Shown: one piece after another, positions 37,720 through 50,998 of the stretch
Position numbering within the stretch: the stretch's first letter is position 1
How the letters are laid out: each line of letters starts with the position of its first letter
From: Octopus vulgaris
Taxonomy: Eukaryota
Reading direction: 5' to 3'
Length of the DNA: 64,000 nucleotides
Assembly: GCA_951406725.2 (NCBI GenBank)
Contig: OX597824.1
Coordinates: 72,168,001 to 72,232,000, forward strand
Program-made: the position numbers and the translations under genes
Notes under the pieces: generated by a model
What the model was told of the DNA's origin: nothing
The model's database searches: none
The model's input: the letters and a program-made list of their open reading frames with translations, nothing else

Positions 37720-37950
37720 ATATCTTAGACTAGCATAAAACTGACCCAGGCTGATGTGTTATTGTCCCAAGCTGGCATAATAGCATCTGAATCTAGCATG
37801 GTACTATCTTAAGGTAGCGCAGTTCTATTTCAAGTTGGGTTGGTATTGTCCTGAACTGGTTTGGTGTTGTCTCAAACAGGGATGACACCATCTCGCAATA
37901 ACTTGATGCTGGCTCACAATATCCTGACACTGTCTCAAGTTGGCATGGCT
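37720..37950. repeat. Degenerate 21-bp minisatellite
   Basis: Units such as CTAGCATGGTACTATCTTAAG / TTGGGTTGGTATTGTCCTGAA / CTGGTTTGGTGTTGTCTCAAA, in register. Confidence 0.6.
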
Positions 37951-38258
37951 CTCTCTCTCCTATTGACTGTATTTAGAAGGTTCAATGACTATTTGTAGCT
38001 CTTGCTGCTGACTCAAGCAAGAGCTTATTAATCTAGTAGATGTATCAGTGTTAGTACAACAAACTAAGTAAAACCTGAGTAAGGTATCAAAGAGATTGGG
38101 GTGGAAAGGCCCAAATTTAATGGTAGAGTTCTGGAGTTGATCTTTAGCACTGAAATAGAATACTCCCAAATATGGAGAAAGAAAATAGTTGTAGATTGAA
38201 AACTGGTATAAAATGAAAACTCTGTGCTGATGATGGTAGATTTGATAAGGTTAAATCT

Positions 38259-38491
38259 TATTTCTTTACTGCCCACAAGGGGTTACACACAAAAGGGACA
38301 AACAAGGACAGACAAACGGATTAAGTCGATTACATCGACCCCAGTGCGTAACTGGTACTTATTTAATTGACCCCAAAAGGATGAAAGACTAAGTTGACCT
38401 CAGCGGAAATTGAACTCAGAACGTAATGGCAGGCGAAATACCGCTAAGCATTTCGCCCGGCATGCTAACGTTTCTGCCAGATCACCGCCTT
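38259..38491 (-). mobile_element. SINE family B (monomer)
   Basis: Reverse complement of the 48323-48552 type; TTGATAAGGTTAAATCT occurs on both sides, a candidate TSD. Confidence 0.85.
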
Positions 38492-38814
38492 GATAAGGTT
38501 AAATCTATTAACTGAATAGTTATGAGTTTGTATCTTATCACACTGGCAGCTTACTGCATTTGATGGTATGCTGAAACATAACTTATAAGAGTTACCAAAA
38601 ACATTAAGTCTTGATTGAGTACACCTATGATCAGAAGCATAATCATCAGGTCTTGTTTTTAGGCATAAGCATATCAAGGACTACATTGCCCAGTATGTCA
38701 ATATATCATTTTTTTTGTTTTATTAAGAAGGTGAGGTAGGTGTTGAAGGACATTTGATTGTTACTTCTAGCAAGTCAAGCAGCTACATACAAGCCTCCTT
38801 TGCTGATGCATTCT

Positions 38815-39192
38815 TTTATCTTTTTTACTTCTTTGAATCATTAAACTGCAACCATGCTGGAGCACTACCTTGAAGGGTTTGGTTGAACAAATTGATTCCA
38901 GTACATTTCTTTTTTTAAAGCCTGATGCTTATTCAATTGGTTCCTTTTTGCCAAACCACTAAGGTAGGGGAATGTAAACAAACCAACACCAGTTGTTAAG
39001 TGGTGGTGGGGGACAAACACACACACACACACAATAGGCTTCTTTCAGTTTCCATCTATGAAATGCACTCACAAGGCCTTTGGTAAGCCCAGGTCTATCA
39101 TAGAAGACACTTACCCAAAGTACCATGCAGTGGGACTGGACCCAGAATCATGTGACTGGGAAGCAAACTTCTTACCACACAGTCACACCTGC
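38815..39192 (-). mobile_element. SINE family A
   Basis: Head and tail motifs on the minus strand. Confidence 0.75.
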
Positions 39193-40798
39193 CTAAAACA
39201 ATTTTTTACCTGTTAAAGAATTTGAACAGCTTACTGTTATACAGTGACTTCACTGCATTTCTGCCTACAATGTTGATCTATACCTTCTTGAATATGGATG
39301 CTGTGGTTAAAGTGCACTTTGCAACAGTGCAGTTTTAATTTTGATCACACTGCATAGCACTTTAGACTAATGACTTTTACTATAGCTTTTGCTTTGCCCA
39401 AGCCTTGTGAATGAATTTAGATAAACGAACTGTACAGAAATTTGTCAGGTGGGCTGTACTTGTATGTGAAAGGTCTCACTTGTTTTATATTGGTTCAGCC
39501 TGAAAATTGGTTTTCTAAAGTACTTTACAATCATCATTGTTTAGACTCAAGTCAGCCTTGAGAGAACATATCTGTGATAAAAGGAATTCCAGCCATAATA
39601 TGTCTTTTTTTTTCAAGTGGGTAGGGTATGATTTGAAGGAGATTTGGTTGCTATTTCTAAAAGGAGAGCCAACTACATAGATGTTACCCTTGTTGACTCT
39701 CTAGAACAGGTTTATAGGGTTCTGGAGTGACTTTAAAGCCCACACCCTGCCCTGGAATTCCCCACCAATCCTTTCTAGTCCCACCCTAATAGAGATAGAA
39801 AAAAAAAGATCAGTCAGTTCTGTCTTCTCTAGTTGTTTCCTATTTACTTGCAAGACACACAGACACATTTGCTTTAGCCTCTGGTTGTTATTTTATAATG
39901 AGGGGTTATGGGGTGGATCTTAATGATGACATAGTATAGTGACTCCCACCCATCCTCCAGTCACTGCACCCGCCCAGTTCTGCCTTGAAGGTCAGTTACA
40001 AACCAGTGGAGGATGTGAAATGCAAGTTAAACAGGAATGTTAAGTGTCAGTGTAAATATTATCATAGATTTCATTTTGTTTTTAAAACCTGTCTGCCTAG
40101 GTTGTCTCCTGTGTGTGTACATATGTTTGTATGTGTGCAAGAGAAAGAGAGAGAGTGTGTGTGTGTGTGTGTGTATGAGAGAGAGAGTTTGTGTGTGTGA
40201 GACAGAGAAGGGTAGAGGGAGTTCATGTTTGTGTGGAAGTTTATTGTGATTCATCAAGAAGTCCCGAGAAGGAATGGAAGGAAGGAAAAAAAAGACAATG
40301 TTGGAATTTTGATGAAGACAGAGTTAAAGAATTTATTGCTCTCTTGTGTGGATCAAGGTGGTATTTGGTGCAGAGATAGTCAGATTATGGAAGATGGGAT
40401 TGGTATTTTTTTTTTTACGTAGGAAGTCTACTTTTTTGTTATTGTCATGTGTTTTCGTGGTTCTGTGTTGAAGTCCCACCCAGGTCACCTTAACCTTTGT
40501 CAATGTTACAACTACCACTACCACCCTTTTAGTACCTTAATTTTTGTTTTCTGTGTTGGCATGGGTTAGATTTGTCTGAACCATATCATGTTTTTGCATT
40601 ACTTGGTAGTTTAAAGCCTTCTTATTTCTGACCTCATCTAACTTTTTTCCCCAAATGTCTCCTCTGGTTAACATCTATGTATCTCAGCTTCTCACCACAA
40701 AAAATTGGAACAAACTCTACAAGGCATTTTGTCCTCTGTTCTGATGTCTACCAGATTACCACATGAAAGAAGTGAGGTAATATAGATTAGTGTAGGAC

Positions 40799-41548
40799 TT
40801 AACCCTTTGAAGCTGCAAGTATACTTTGTAATAGGGATAATATCATTTGATTATTATTCCTGAAAGATGCAAAAGCAGGCAGCAGCAGGAATTTGTATTT
40901 ACAACTCACTAATTGGTAGAAACATTGCTATTTTCAGTCAAACGCATAAAACCATGTGTCTACCGTAAATCTTCGTGTATAATCCACATTTTTTTCCCAA
41001 AATTTAAAGGTCAAAATCCCTAGTGCGTACTATATACGGGGTTAAAAATGAAAAATATTTTCTAAGCAATGTCCGAGTCTCTATTTGCTTTCCAGCAATG
41101 TTTATTTAGATGCATTTTGTGATGTCGGGCGCAAAAATATCTTAAGCTAAGCCTGAAAGCAATGAAGTCATAAAAGAATCATCCATAACTTGCAGTAAGC
41201 GACATTTATTAAAATAAAAGTATTCAGAACACAGAATAACATATAACAAAAACAATTTTCAAACATATTTACATTCCCATATAACAGTTAAGAACATCAC
41301 CATTATTGTATTACGCATGTGCGGAAGTGTTTGTTCGACTAGGTGCTGCGACTCAAGCTAGAGAAGGAGTGCGTATTATACACAAGGTTTAGGTTTATCA
41401 GAGGTACAGCCCCCTAAAAATCCCCTGCGTATTATACACAAAGGTGGACTATACTCGAAGATTTATGGTATTCACTTCTGTATCTTCTATGGGTATAGTC
41501 AAATGAAATCAACCTTGCTAAAGTATACTCATGGGTTCAAAGGATTAA
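40799..41548. mobile_element. piggyBac-like MITE carrying a nested pogo-like MITE
   Basis: TTAA-CCCTTTGAAGCTGCAAGTATACTTT vs right-end reverse complement TTAA-TCCTTTGAACCCATGAGTATACTTT. Confidence 0.65.
40961..41470. mobile_element. pogo/Tigger-like MITE
   Basis: TA-flanked 27-bp TIRs TACCGTAAATCTTCGTGTATAATCCAC / TACCATAAATCTTCGAGTATAGTCCAC; subterminal TGCGTATTATACAC repeats. Confidence 0.85.
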
Positions 41549-42539
41549 GAGACATTTATGCTTTACATGCTGACATCTGAAGGGTGGCTCAGTAGGTTTC
41601 ATAAAGCAGCTGACAAATTGCCTTGTGTTATATAGTTACATATCATTATGGTGTGAGTTCCAATCCTGCCAAGGTCCAACTTGGCCTCTCATTCTTTTAA
41701 ATAAAAACAACATGCCAGTCAAGTATTTGGCTTGACATGATTGATTATTCCACTCTGTCTCTATTTTAGAGTTCATTGTTAGGCATTGTGCATATTTTAG
41801 AATTCATTATCACACCTGTGGAATGTGGCAGAAGTGCAAACCGCAAAGTGCTATGTGCTGCATCTAGGTTAACTTGCAGATTTTGGGCATAATACATGAC
41901 TGCAACCTACATTATTATACTGACTAACATTGAAGTTATATATCTAATGCAGATGGTCAAGTGTGTAAGGTATCAGATAACTAGAGTCAAGGTAGACAGG
42001 ACATACCAATTGACAATCCTATATTGTGTTTGTAACAAAGTTACTGTACTCTGGATGGCAATCTACCAGATCTAAGATGTTGTTGCTGTTAGCGGTGTAG
42101 TTTAGGTTAGGACCAGCTTCATCAAGCAAATCTATAATCAAAAGTATTCCAGCTGTGATCATCTCATCTTTTAGTGTGTTTTGGTCTATATTAAATGTTT
42201 CTTTCTTATATTAAAATTGTAGGTATGTTTTGCTGATAGTTTTATCAATTTGAATGAGGCTCAGATTGGTGTTGCTTAACTCCAGGTCAGCTCTGATCCA
42301 GTGGACCTATGACCAAATACCTTCCAATCTTTACTTTTTTTATGTAGTGTAATGAATGCTACATTATCCAATGTGTTCTATATTTTTAAAGTGGTACAAT
42401 GGAATTTGATGGAAATTTGGCTGCTATTTCTAGTAGGTGTAACCCTAACTATGTAGAGGTTCCTGCTGAATTTCTGTAGTACTGCAGGGGGATATAGTTT
42501 CCATTGTAAGCAGCAGGTTTAATATAAAATTGATGAGCA

Positions 42540-42850
42540 TCGGGCTCACAATCATGAGGTAGTGAGTTTAATTCCCGGACCAGGCTGTGTGTTGTGTTCT
42601 TGAGCAAGATACTTTATTTCATGTTGCTCCAGTTCACTCAGCTGTAGAAGTGAGTTGCAATGTCACTGGTGCCAAGCTGTATTGGCCTTTGCCTTTCCCT
42701 TGGATAACTTCAGTGGTGTGGAGAGGAGAGGCTGATATGCATGGGCGACTGTTAGTCTTCCATAAACAACCTTGCTTGGACTTGTGCCTTGGAAGGTAAC
42801 TTTCTAGGTGCAATCCCATGGTCATTCATGACCAAAGGAGATCTTTATCC
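42540..42850 (+). mobile_element. CORE-like SINE, 5'-truncated
   Basis: TTGAGCAAGATACTTTATTTCATGTTGCTCCAGTTCACTCAGCTGTAGAAGTGAG resembles the MIR/CORE domain. Confidence 0.65.
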
Positions 42851-44576
42851 TGTACTCCCTTTAACCCTTTTCCCCACTTCTCTGTAATGCTCTGTCTTTT
42901 AATCTCATTTAATTTTCCCAATGTGAAATATTTCTAAATAGCATTGAGTTATGACCCCATAACTGGAAGGTTGTCACTGGACGTCATTCCTGTCCTGGTT
43001 CACTAGAAAAGTCATATAAATAGTTCACCCATGTTAGTAACTGACTTATATTTAGCCCACCACTCTATCCCCTTCTGCTTTACAAAAGTATCTTTACTGT
43101 GTCCTTACTACTATTAGTTATTACTTTTTAACCCCAGGTCAATCCATGATCAAAAGAGTTCTAATGATGACTATCTTGTTTTCACATTTCTTTTTTTTTT
43201 TTTCAAACGTCATGTATGACATATTACACAATCAGCTGTCATCTTAGATACAATCTTTTCTTTTCTTTAAGACAGAGGCATGTGTGTATTTGAATTTGTA
43301 GAATGGTTATGATGATAATGTTTTTGGATTATAGAAAACTTGATTATTGTTAAATGTCTGACTGTATAATTGATGTGTTTATGAGGTATGCATATGTAGA
43401 TACCCACATATTTACACACAGAATGATGCACACACACATAGACACACCCTTTTTTCATGTTGGCAATGCTTGTCATAAGGTCCTGAATTTGATGCTACCA
43501 CAGGGGACCTTAGATAAGTGTGTTCTGATGTGGTCTAAAGTCCAGTAAGCACAGACAGTGCAGAAGCTCGTCTAATGGTCTTTATCTGTTGTTCAAAGGG
43601 TGTGCCTTGTCATACACTGTGTCAAGCTGATCCTGTCTGGGTGTTACCTTAGTATCTCTGAAATACTCACAGGTTTACCTTAAAAGTCAATGGATATTTC
43701 TTTTGCTCTTTTACTGGCTTTACATTAAACTGTGGCTGTTCTGTGACAGTAATACTAATCCTATCAAATGGTGAAGTTTTGCCAAACTTTAACCCTCCTT
43801 ATGAATTTAAATTTTACACCAGTCAAATATTTCATATATATACATGCGTGCATGAGTGTGTGTACACACACACACACGCACACATACAGGTTTGTAGATT
43901 GTTTTGAAAAATGCAGACAAATAAATAGATAGATTTGACTGACAGAAAAACAGACAGCCAGGCAGTTGTGTGCTAAAATTAACCACATATTTTCAAGTAA
44001 CAATAGCCACTTACTCATCTGAGCAATGGACCAGAACTGATAAAATGTATTGTATAACATTTCTGTCTTTGCTGTTATTGGTGGAAATGGTGTTGTTATG
44101 TTTATATCAAAACTGAAATACATATCACCGTTGTCATCGTCGTTTTATGTCTGCCGTCTGTTCATGTTGGCATAGGTAGGATAGATCTGGTTACATACAT
44201 GGGCCAAGGAAGGACGTTATCTTGCTTGCATTCCATTCTGGCTTGGTTTCTACAGCTAGTCACCCTTCCTAATTCCAGCCACTTGTCAGTATGGTGAATG
44301 CTTTCTGTTTTTTTTTTTCAAGCCACCCATACTAGAGAAATGTTATGTCCTCATCACGGCTAAAGGAACTGCACAAGCTTATACTTTACAAAGTGTGCTG
44401 GGTGTATTTGTGATACTAATATTAGAGTGGTAGCCGTGTCCTTATCACAACTAATGGGAGTCAGAAACTAATGTTTCTTCTTGCTCAGTAGCCTCTTTCT
44501 TTCATTTGTTCAGTCACCTATATATATATATATGGAGAGAGAGAGAGAAAGCACAGTTGCCATATTTCATTCTATA

Positions 44577-44673
44577 ACAGTCACCTCTGATGAGCACAGG
44601 GCTACATAATTAGACAGTTACCTAACATTCCGTTGAACACCCTAGTGTGAAACCAATTGGTAAGATCAGCTGT
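44577..44673 (+). ncRNA. Type-I hammerhead ribozyme motif (partly decayed)
   Basis: CUGAUGA(44587-93)-GCACAGGG...CCCUAGUGU-GAAA(44649-52)-CCAAUUG-GUA^AGA. Palindromic stem III; weak stem I. Confidence 0.65.
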
Positions 44674-44789
44674 AACAGATATATTATACTGTACACTTTG
44701 ATATATATATGTATATGTATGTATATATATATATATATATATCATGAAAGAGAGAGAGGTGTGTGTAGGAATCTTCTGGAAGTTCTTTA

Positions 44790-45125
44790 GAGTAATGTAG
44801 CTCAGATTAGGGAGTCTCTCATAGTAAATCAAGCCACTTCTTTGCATTGTGAGACCACAGCTCTGGTACTATGAACGTGGTTAGAATGTCACAGGAAAGA
44901 ATCACAAGATGGGTTCTTCAAGCCGAGCTAATGAGCAGGAGACCTAGGGGTTGTCTGAGAACGAGATAGTTGGATAATGTCCATAGCCTCAGTTGGCCAC
45001 ACTTGGGAATCCAGCTGGAAAATTTAATGATGGTTGCTTCTGATAGGACCCTATGGAGAATGCGCCCGAGGACTCTGCCTCCACATCCCTCCCTGGAATA
45101 CTGAGTGAAAATGGATGGGTGGATA
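44790..45125 (+). mobile_element. RTE (Rex3/Expander-like) LINE 3' end
   Basis: VVRMSQERITRWVLQAELMSRRPRG...LDNVHSLSWPHLGIQLENLMMVASDRTLWRMRPRTLPPHP followed by a GGATGG-type tail. Confidence 0.75.
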
Positions 45126-47341
45126 CACACACACAGAGACAGATAGATAAATGGATATATGATAGTATTAGTTGTGAGCATGAGTATGGGGTTTACTGTT
45201 AAATCACGTTACAAAATGCTATGTGTTGTGGTACTTCTTTAGGCCCGCCACCCATCAGTCAAACCTGAAGTAAAAACTGTCATGAGTAAATGTGTTCCAG
45301 CTATAGCTATCCTGGGAAGGGGATTGCTTTTTTTCTTTTTTCAGACTGTATTTTGGACTATGCTGTTTAGTGTGTATTTTACTTATATGTGATTCGAAGC
45401 AGATATAACTGCTATTTGCCTTTCATCCTTTCGGGGTCGATTAAATAAGTACCAGTTACACACTGGAGTCGATATAATTGACTTAATCCGTTTGTCTGTC
45501 CTTATTTGTCCCTTCTGTGTTTAGCTCCTTGTGGGTAGTAAAGAAATATATTTCTAACAAGTTGAGTGACTAGATAGAGAAGAATTTTGTGTTGTGTGGT
45601 GTGGTGAGGTTCATTATGAAAAGTGCTGTAACTAGATTACTTGTTTTGTTGGTGTGTTTATGGTGATATGTATTTCTACTTAGTTTATCGACCCCGAAAG
45701 GATAAAAGGCAAAGTCGACCTTGGCGGAATTTGAACTCAGAACGTAATGGCTACGCATTTCGCCCAGTGTGCTAACGAGTCTGCCAGCTCGCTGCCTTTA
45801 TGGTGATATGGTGTTGATAGTAGTGGTAGTGCTGATAAAGAACTGATATATCAAATAACTTGCAGCAGAATGGGATTGGAAATTATTTGAGGTGGTGGTA
45901 GTGGTACTGAGCCCCAGGTAAGCCATGATTGAACAGAGCTATGATCAAAGGCATTCCAGCCGTGACCATTCTGTCTGTATTTGACTGACAGAGCTATGTT
46001 TGATTGCAGTATATTGGCAGTTCATCCAGGACTGAATTATCCAAAGCACACTTGCTTCAATGAGTAGTGTGATGTGGTGACGTGATGTGTGGAGCAATGT
46101 GGAGGAGAAATGTAGTGGAAGTGAAATGTGGTGTGGTGTGATGGAATGGGTGCATGGTTATTGAGATAATGCAAGACATAGTGGCTGTGTTTGGAGTGAA
46201 GATACACTGCATGGGGTTATAATGTGCTGCGTGTTGCTTGTGGTAAGGTATTGGGGAAAAGTGTGTGCATTGAATAACTAAATATTTGTCATGCTCTAGT
46301 AAACACCAGCAAAAAATGTTGGCTCTTCTTTGTCATCATCATCATCAATTAGTTTGGCACACCTGCCTCATACAAAGTCCTTTCTTGTCAGCCTGTTTGT
46401 GTTCTAACTGCATTACATATGCACCCAGATTTTACACTGAGTGCAGTATATTGAATTCCTACCTTCTCCCCTTTTTGAATTTTGAATATGGTCACTTTCA
46501 AGATGGCAGTAGCAACCTTTCATTTCTTATTTCTTTACTACCCACAAAGGGCTAAACATAGAAGGGACAAACAAGGACAGGCAAAGGGATTAAGTCAATT
46601 ATATCGACGCCAGTGCATAACTGGTACTTAATTTATCAACCCTGAAAAGATGAAAGGCAAAATCGACCTCGGCGGAATTTGAACTCAGAACGTAACCAAC
46701 CTTTCATTTCTTGCAAACTAAAACTCTTGTCTTGGCTAGATTTACTTTCAGACTTGTCAATTTCTGGCTTCACTTCCATGTTTGGAAATCTTCCTCTAAA
46801 CCTTCAATAGTTCAGCTGTGAGAACTAGGTCATCAATATATAAGGTGTTCTCATGGACAGCCAGTCTTAAACACTTTTCTTATTGCCTCCAGTACTATAT
46901 TTAAATTGGTGATGGTGGTGGTGGTGGTGGTTAATGATACCACTGTGCTTTTATAAGTATATCAATTGTGTAACCTAAATTTTTGTAAGATCTCGAACAT
47001 TTTTTAATAAATATGTCCTGTGAATTTGTTTCATGTTGGTACAATCAGACAAGTTTTGTTTGAACCTTGAAAAAAAAAGAAAACCAGGATAAATATAAAA
47101 GTATTTTCATTTCATTTGGTGTGAACAGCTCAATTGTTTAAGATCTATGTTAGGTTGTAGTATATTGGAAGATACAGTAGAGCAGCAAATCAAATGCCTT
47201 CCAGAATTTTCTTGAATTCCTTTACATTTACAGTTTGAAAACCTGCCTAGGTTAACTTTGCCTTTCATTTTTGGGGATCAATGAAACAAAGCACCAGTCA
47301 AGTACTGGGGGTCAATTTAATGTTCCTATAAAACATCCTGT

Positions 47342-47590
47342 GGAGGCGCGTGGCTTAGTGGTTAGGGTATCAGCATCATGATCGTAAGATTGTAGTTTTG
47401 ATTCCTGGACCAGGCGATGCATTGTGCTCTTGAGCAAAACACTTCATTTCACGTTGCTCCAGTCCACTCAGCTGGCAAAAATGAATAACGCTGTGATGGA
47501 CTGGTGTCCCGTCCAGCTGGGGAACACATACGCCATAGAAACCGGGCCCAGGAGCCTGGCTAGGCTTTAAAAGGGTGCATTTATTTATTT
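47342..47590 (+). mobile_element. tRNA-derived CORE-like SINE
   Basis: GGAGGCGCGTGGCTTAGTGGTTAGGG head, TTGAGCAAAACACTT...CTCCAGTCCACTCAGCTG core, (TTTA)n tail; TATAAAACATCCT on both sides as a candidate TSD. Confidence 0.8.
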
Positions 47591-48322
47591 TTATAAAACA
47601 TCCTAAATGGGAATGAAATTATAATAAAATACTAAAACTTTACTTTTTATACTTTTGAGATCAATAAGTACCAGTCAAATACTGGTGTCAATTAAATGTC
47701 CCTATAAAACAACCTAGATCCTTCTCATCCTCTTCCTCTCCTTGTTTTCCTTCTCCCCCATCTCTCCTCTCCTCTTCTCTCCTCCCTTTCAGTGTCCTCC
47801 TTTCATGCAGATGTTAGTTGGACAGATTCAAGTCTGAGGACCATATCATACCCCAAGGTCTGCTTCGACATGGCTTATATGGCTTGATGCCCTTCCTGAA
47901 GGCAGCTGCTTTACAGAATGTAGGAGAGTTTTGTTTCCATGGCATCAGCGCTTGTGAGGCACCTTGCAACTTACAAGACTAAGGCCCTAAAGTGGCCCCT
48001 ATAAGTTAAGGGAAACAGAAGAGATAGGCTACAATAATTCTAGATGTGGGTGATGAGAGAGGGGAGAGAAATATGATGAGAGGAACAGATGTATAGTTGT
48101 GAGAAGGTGGTTATGGAGAGAGTAGAAGAGCACACTGTGATGGGGGAGGAAGTGTGTGGGGGAGAGGGGAAGAGAGAAAGGAAGTCATTAATGAGAAAAG
48201 AAGGGATAGAGTAGAAATATGAGGTGGGTTGGATAGAGGGAATCTGAAGCTATTTTACATTATAAAGGTGAATATAGATGGATAGGAAATGTTTTAGTGC
48301 CATATATTTGGTATCACTGATA

Positions 48323-48552
48323 GGCGGCAAGCTGGCAGAAACGTTAGCACGCCGGACGAAATGTGTAGCCGTATTTCATCTTCCGTTACGTTCTGGGTTC
48401 AAATTCCACCGAGGTCGACTTTGCCTTTCATCCTTTCGGAGTCGATAAATAAAGTACCAGTTTTGCACTGGGGTCGATGTAATCGACATAATCCCTTTGT
48501 CTGTCCTTGTTTGTCCCCTCTGTGTTTAGCCCCTTGTGGGCAATAAAGAAAT
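48323..48552 (+). mobile_element. Young SINE family B monomer
   Basis: CpG-rich complete copy; ATATATTTGGTATCACTGAT duplicated on both sides (TSD). Confidence 0.9.
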
Positions 48553-48782
48553 ATATATTTGGTATCACTGATTTGATGCTGACTTATTTGACATCAAGAT
48601 GGTTTAATGTTTCTCTCGTTCTACCTCTGTGTGTATGTGCATCTTATTATGTTTGTATGTATGTGTAATGTCTTCTCTCTCTCTCTCTCTCCCTCTCTCT
48701 CTCTCTGTATATATATATATAATTATATAATATAATTTTTGTATGGGTTTGTATAAATATTTGCATTTACATACTATGGCAT

Positions 48783-48839
48783 ATTGTACTGATGACAGCA
48801 AGGGGTTTTACAACCCTAAGCCAGAAATCAATCTACAAT
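48783..48839 (+). ncRNA. Type-I hammerhead ribozyme motif (CpG-decayed)
   Basis: AUUGUA-CUGAUGA-CAGCAAGGG...CCCUAAGCCA-GAAA-UCA-AUC^UACAAU. Perfect 6-bp stem I; stems II and III are restored by reverting three CpA to CpG. Confidence 0.6.
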
Positions 48840-49100
48840 TAACCATTTAAAAAAAAAATCTTATTCATTTATTCATCTGCCCACTTACAACCTATACTAG
48901 CGGAGTGTAGATGTGGTGTTTAGAGCCGTTTGACATCTGTTTCTAACATTTTGGTGGGGTTTATCCGCACCCTTTAATATACTTATACAATATAATTATA
49001 TAATAGTATAAATTGTTACTTTATGGTTTTATTACACACTGGCCACTTGATAAAATCATTAAAGTAGTTTTATCCCTAACTTTGTAAATTAATATAAACA

Positions 49101-49262
49101 GCAGGAGTGGCGGTGTGGTAAGTAGCTTGCTAACCAACCACATGGTTCCGGGTTCAGTCCCACTGCGTGGCATCTTGGGCAAGTGTCTTCTGCTATAGCC
49201 CCGTGCCGACCAATGCCTTGTGAGTGGATTTGGTAGACGGAAACTGAAAGAAGCCTGTCGTA

Positions 49263-49315
<53 letters not shown>

Positions 49316-49534
49316 GCGTGTGTGTTTGTGTGTCTGTGTTTGTCCCCCTAGCATTGCTTGACAACCGATGCTGGTGTGTTTACGTCCCTGTCACTTAGCG
49401 GTTCGGTAAAAGAGACCGATAGAATAAGTACTGGGCTTACAAAGAATAAGTCCCGGGGTCGATTTGCTCGACTAAAGGTAGTGCTCCAGCATGGCCGCAG
49501 TCAAATGACTGAAACAAGTAAAAGAGTAAAGAGA
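49101..49534 (+). mobile_element. Full-length young SINE family A
   Basis: GCAGGAGTGGCGGTGTGGTAAG...GGTTCAGTCCC head, internal (TA)n(TG)n, GAAACAAGTAAAAGAGTAAAGAG tail. Confidence 0.9.
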
Positions 49535-49838
49535 GCAGTTTCCAATGTTTTACCAAAAAGGAGAATTATACATTAATTGTCACTAAATGTGAGTAGGGTG
49601 TTAGGAAATGCCTACATTGCTAGAAATAAGAGCTAAACCACTCTAATGCTGTCACCAAAACAGGTCATATGCTCAATAAACCTTGCCAAATAACTGCCAA
49701 ACAGTTGAACCCAATCAGTCCGTTCCATGGATGGAAGGTGTAAAGGAAAGAGACCATAAAAAGTAAAAGTAGATAGGGGTGACAAGGAATCTGAAGAGTC
49801 ATTGAAGAAAATTGAGGCATGGGAGTTGTGGAAGTAGT

Positions 49839-49884
<46 letters not shown>

Positions 49885-49984
49885 GAAATGGCTGTTGAGG
49901 AAGTATGGAAGCTGTAGGGAGAGTACAGTGAGTCACTCCACCTAGGGTACTTTTTCTGCTCACATGCACACAGTTATGCACTGT

Positions 49985-50410
49985 CACCCTCAGTCATGCT
50001 CTTATTTGATGGGGCTGGAGTCATCCCAGGTTAGTGGTTCCACAGGTGTTATTGTGCATAGAGCTTCCAGGTCCACCAGTGTTCCTCATCACTGGTGATC
50101 CTGTGCCAACCTCTCTGCATCCTCCAAGGTGACATCAAGCCTCTGGAGATCTTTCTTAATCACATCCAACTATCTGGTGCTGGGCTAGATAATGGCACCA
50201 TTTGATATTCTTGATGGTCCTCAGGGCTCTGCTATCAAAGCCATCAATTTCCTTTGCCAGGGTCATTGTGCGAGGCCACATTTCTGCTCCATACGGGAGA
50301 ACAGAGAGGAGTGCCACGTTGTGGATAGGGTGCTTTATCATTGGGGAGATAGAGCAGTGGTGCCAGAGAGGTTTTCATAATCATACAGTTCATATAGGCT
50401 AGCCTGTATG
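49985..50410 (-). mobile_element. RTE-clade LINE 3' fragment
   Basis: ORF 50156..50341 LLSVLPYGAEMW...IDGFDSRALRTIKNIKW, and downstream VIKKDLQRLDVTLEDAERLAQD. Confidence 0.8.
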
Positions 50411-50955
50411 ATGCAGCCAGTGGCACAAGGTCAGCAACTTTGGGGGTTGGAATAAGTAAATTAGATCAACCCCAGTATTCAACTGGTTCTTATTTTATCG
50501 ACCCTGAAAAGATGAAGGGTAAAACTGACCTCAGCAGATAGCTATGATGTGAGTGGCTGCATGCTCAGAATGAAAAGGCAGTTGACATGTCATTAAGCAT
50601 TTTGCCTGGTGTGCAAATGAATCTGCCAACTTCCTACTTAATATTAATAATGATCTCCAATTTTTGCACAAATTATCATAGAAATATAGTCAACAGAATA
50701 AATAGTGTTTCATGACTAGTCTTGATTTATCAAACCAGAGAAAAGAAAAGTTAGCCCTGGCAGGATTTTAACTAAAAAAACAGAGGTTTGAAATGCAAGC
50801 TCCAGTTCCTTATGTGATTTCACTTGAAATTTGGAAAAGAAATATCAAATCATTGCACATATTTTGCCTGACACATCTAAAACTTCAAAGGTTGACAACA
50901 TCCACCATCACTACATCAGTTTAATATTACTATAAAATATTCTAGATCTGAATGA

Positions 50956-50992
<37 letters not shown>

Positions 50993-50998
<6 letters not shown>

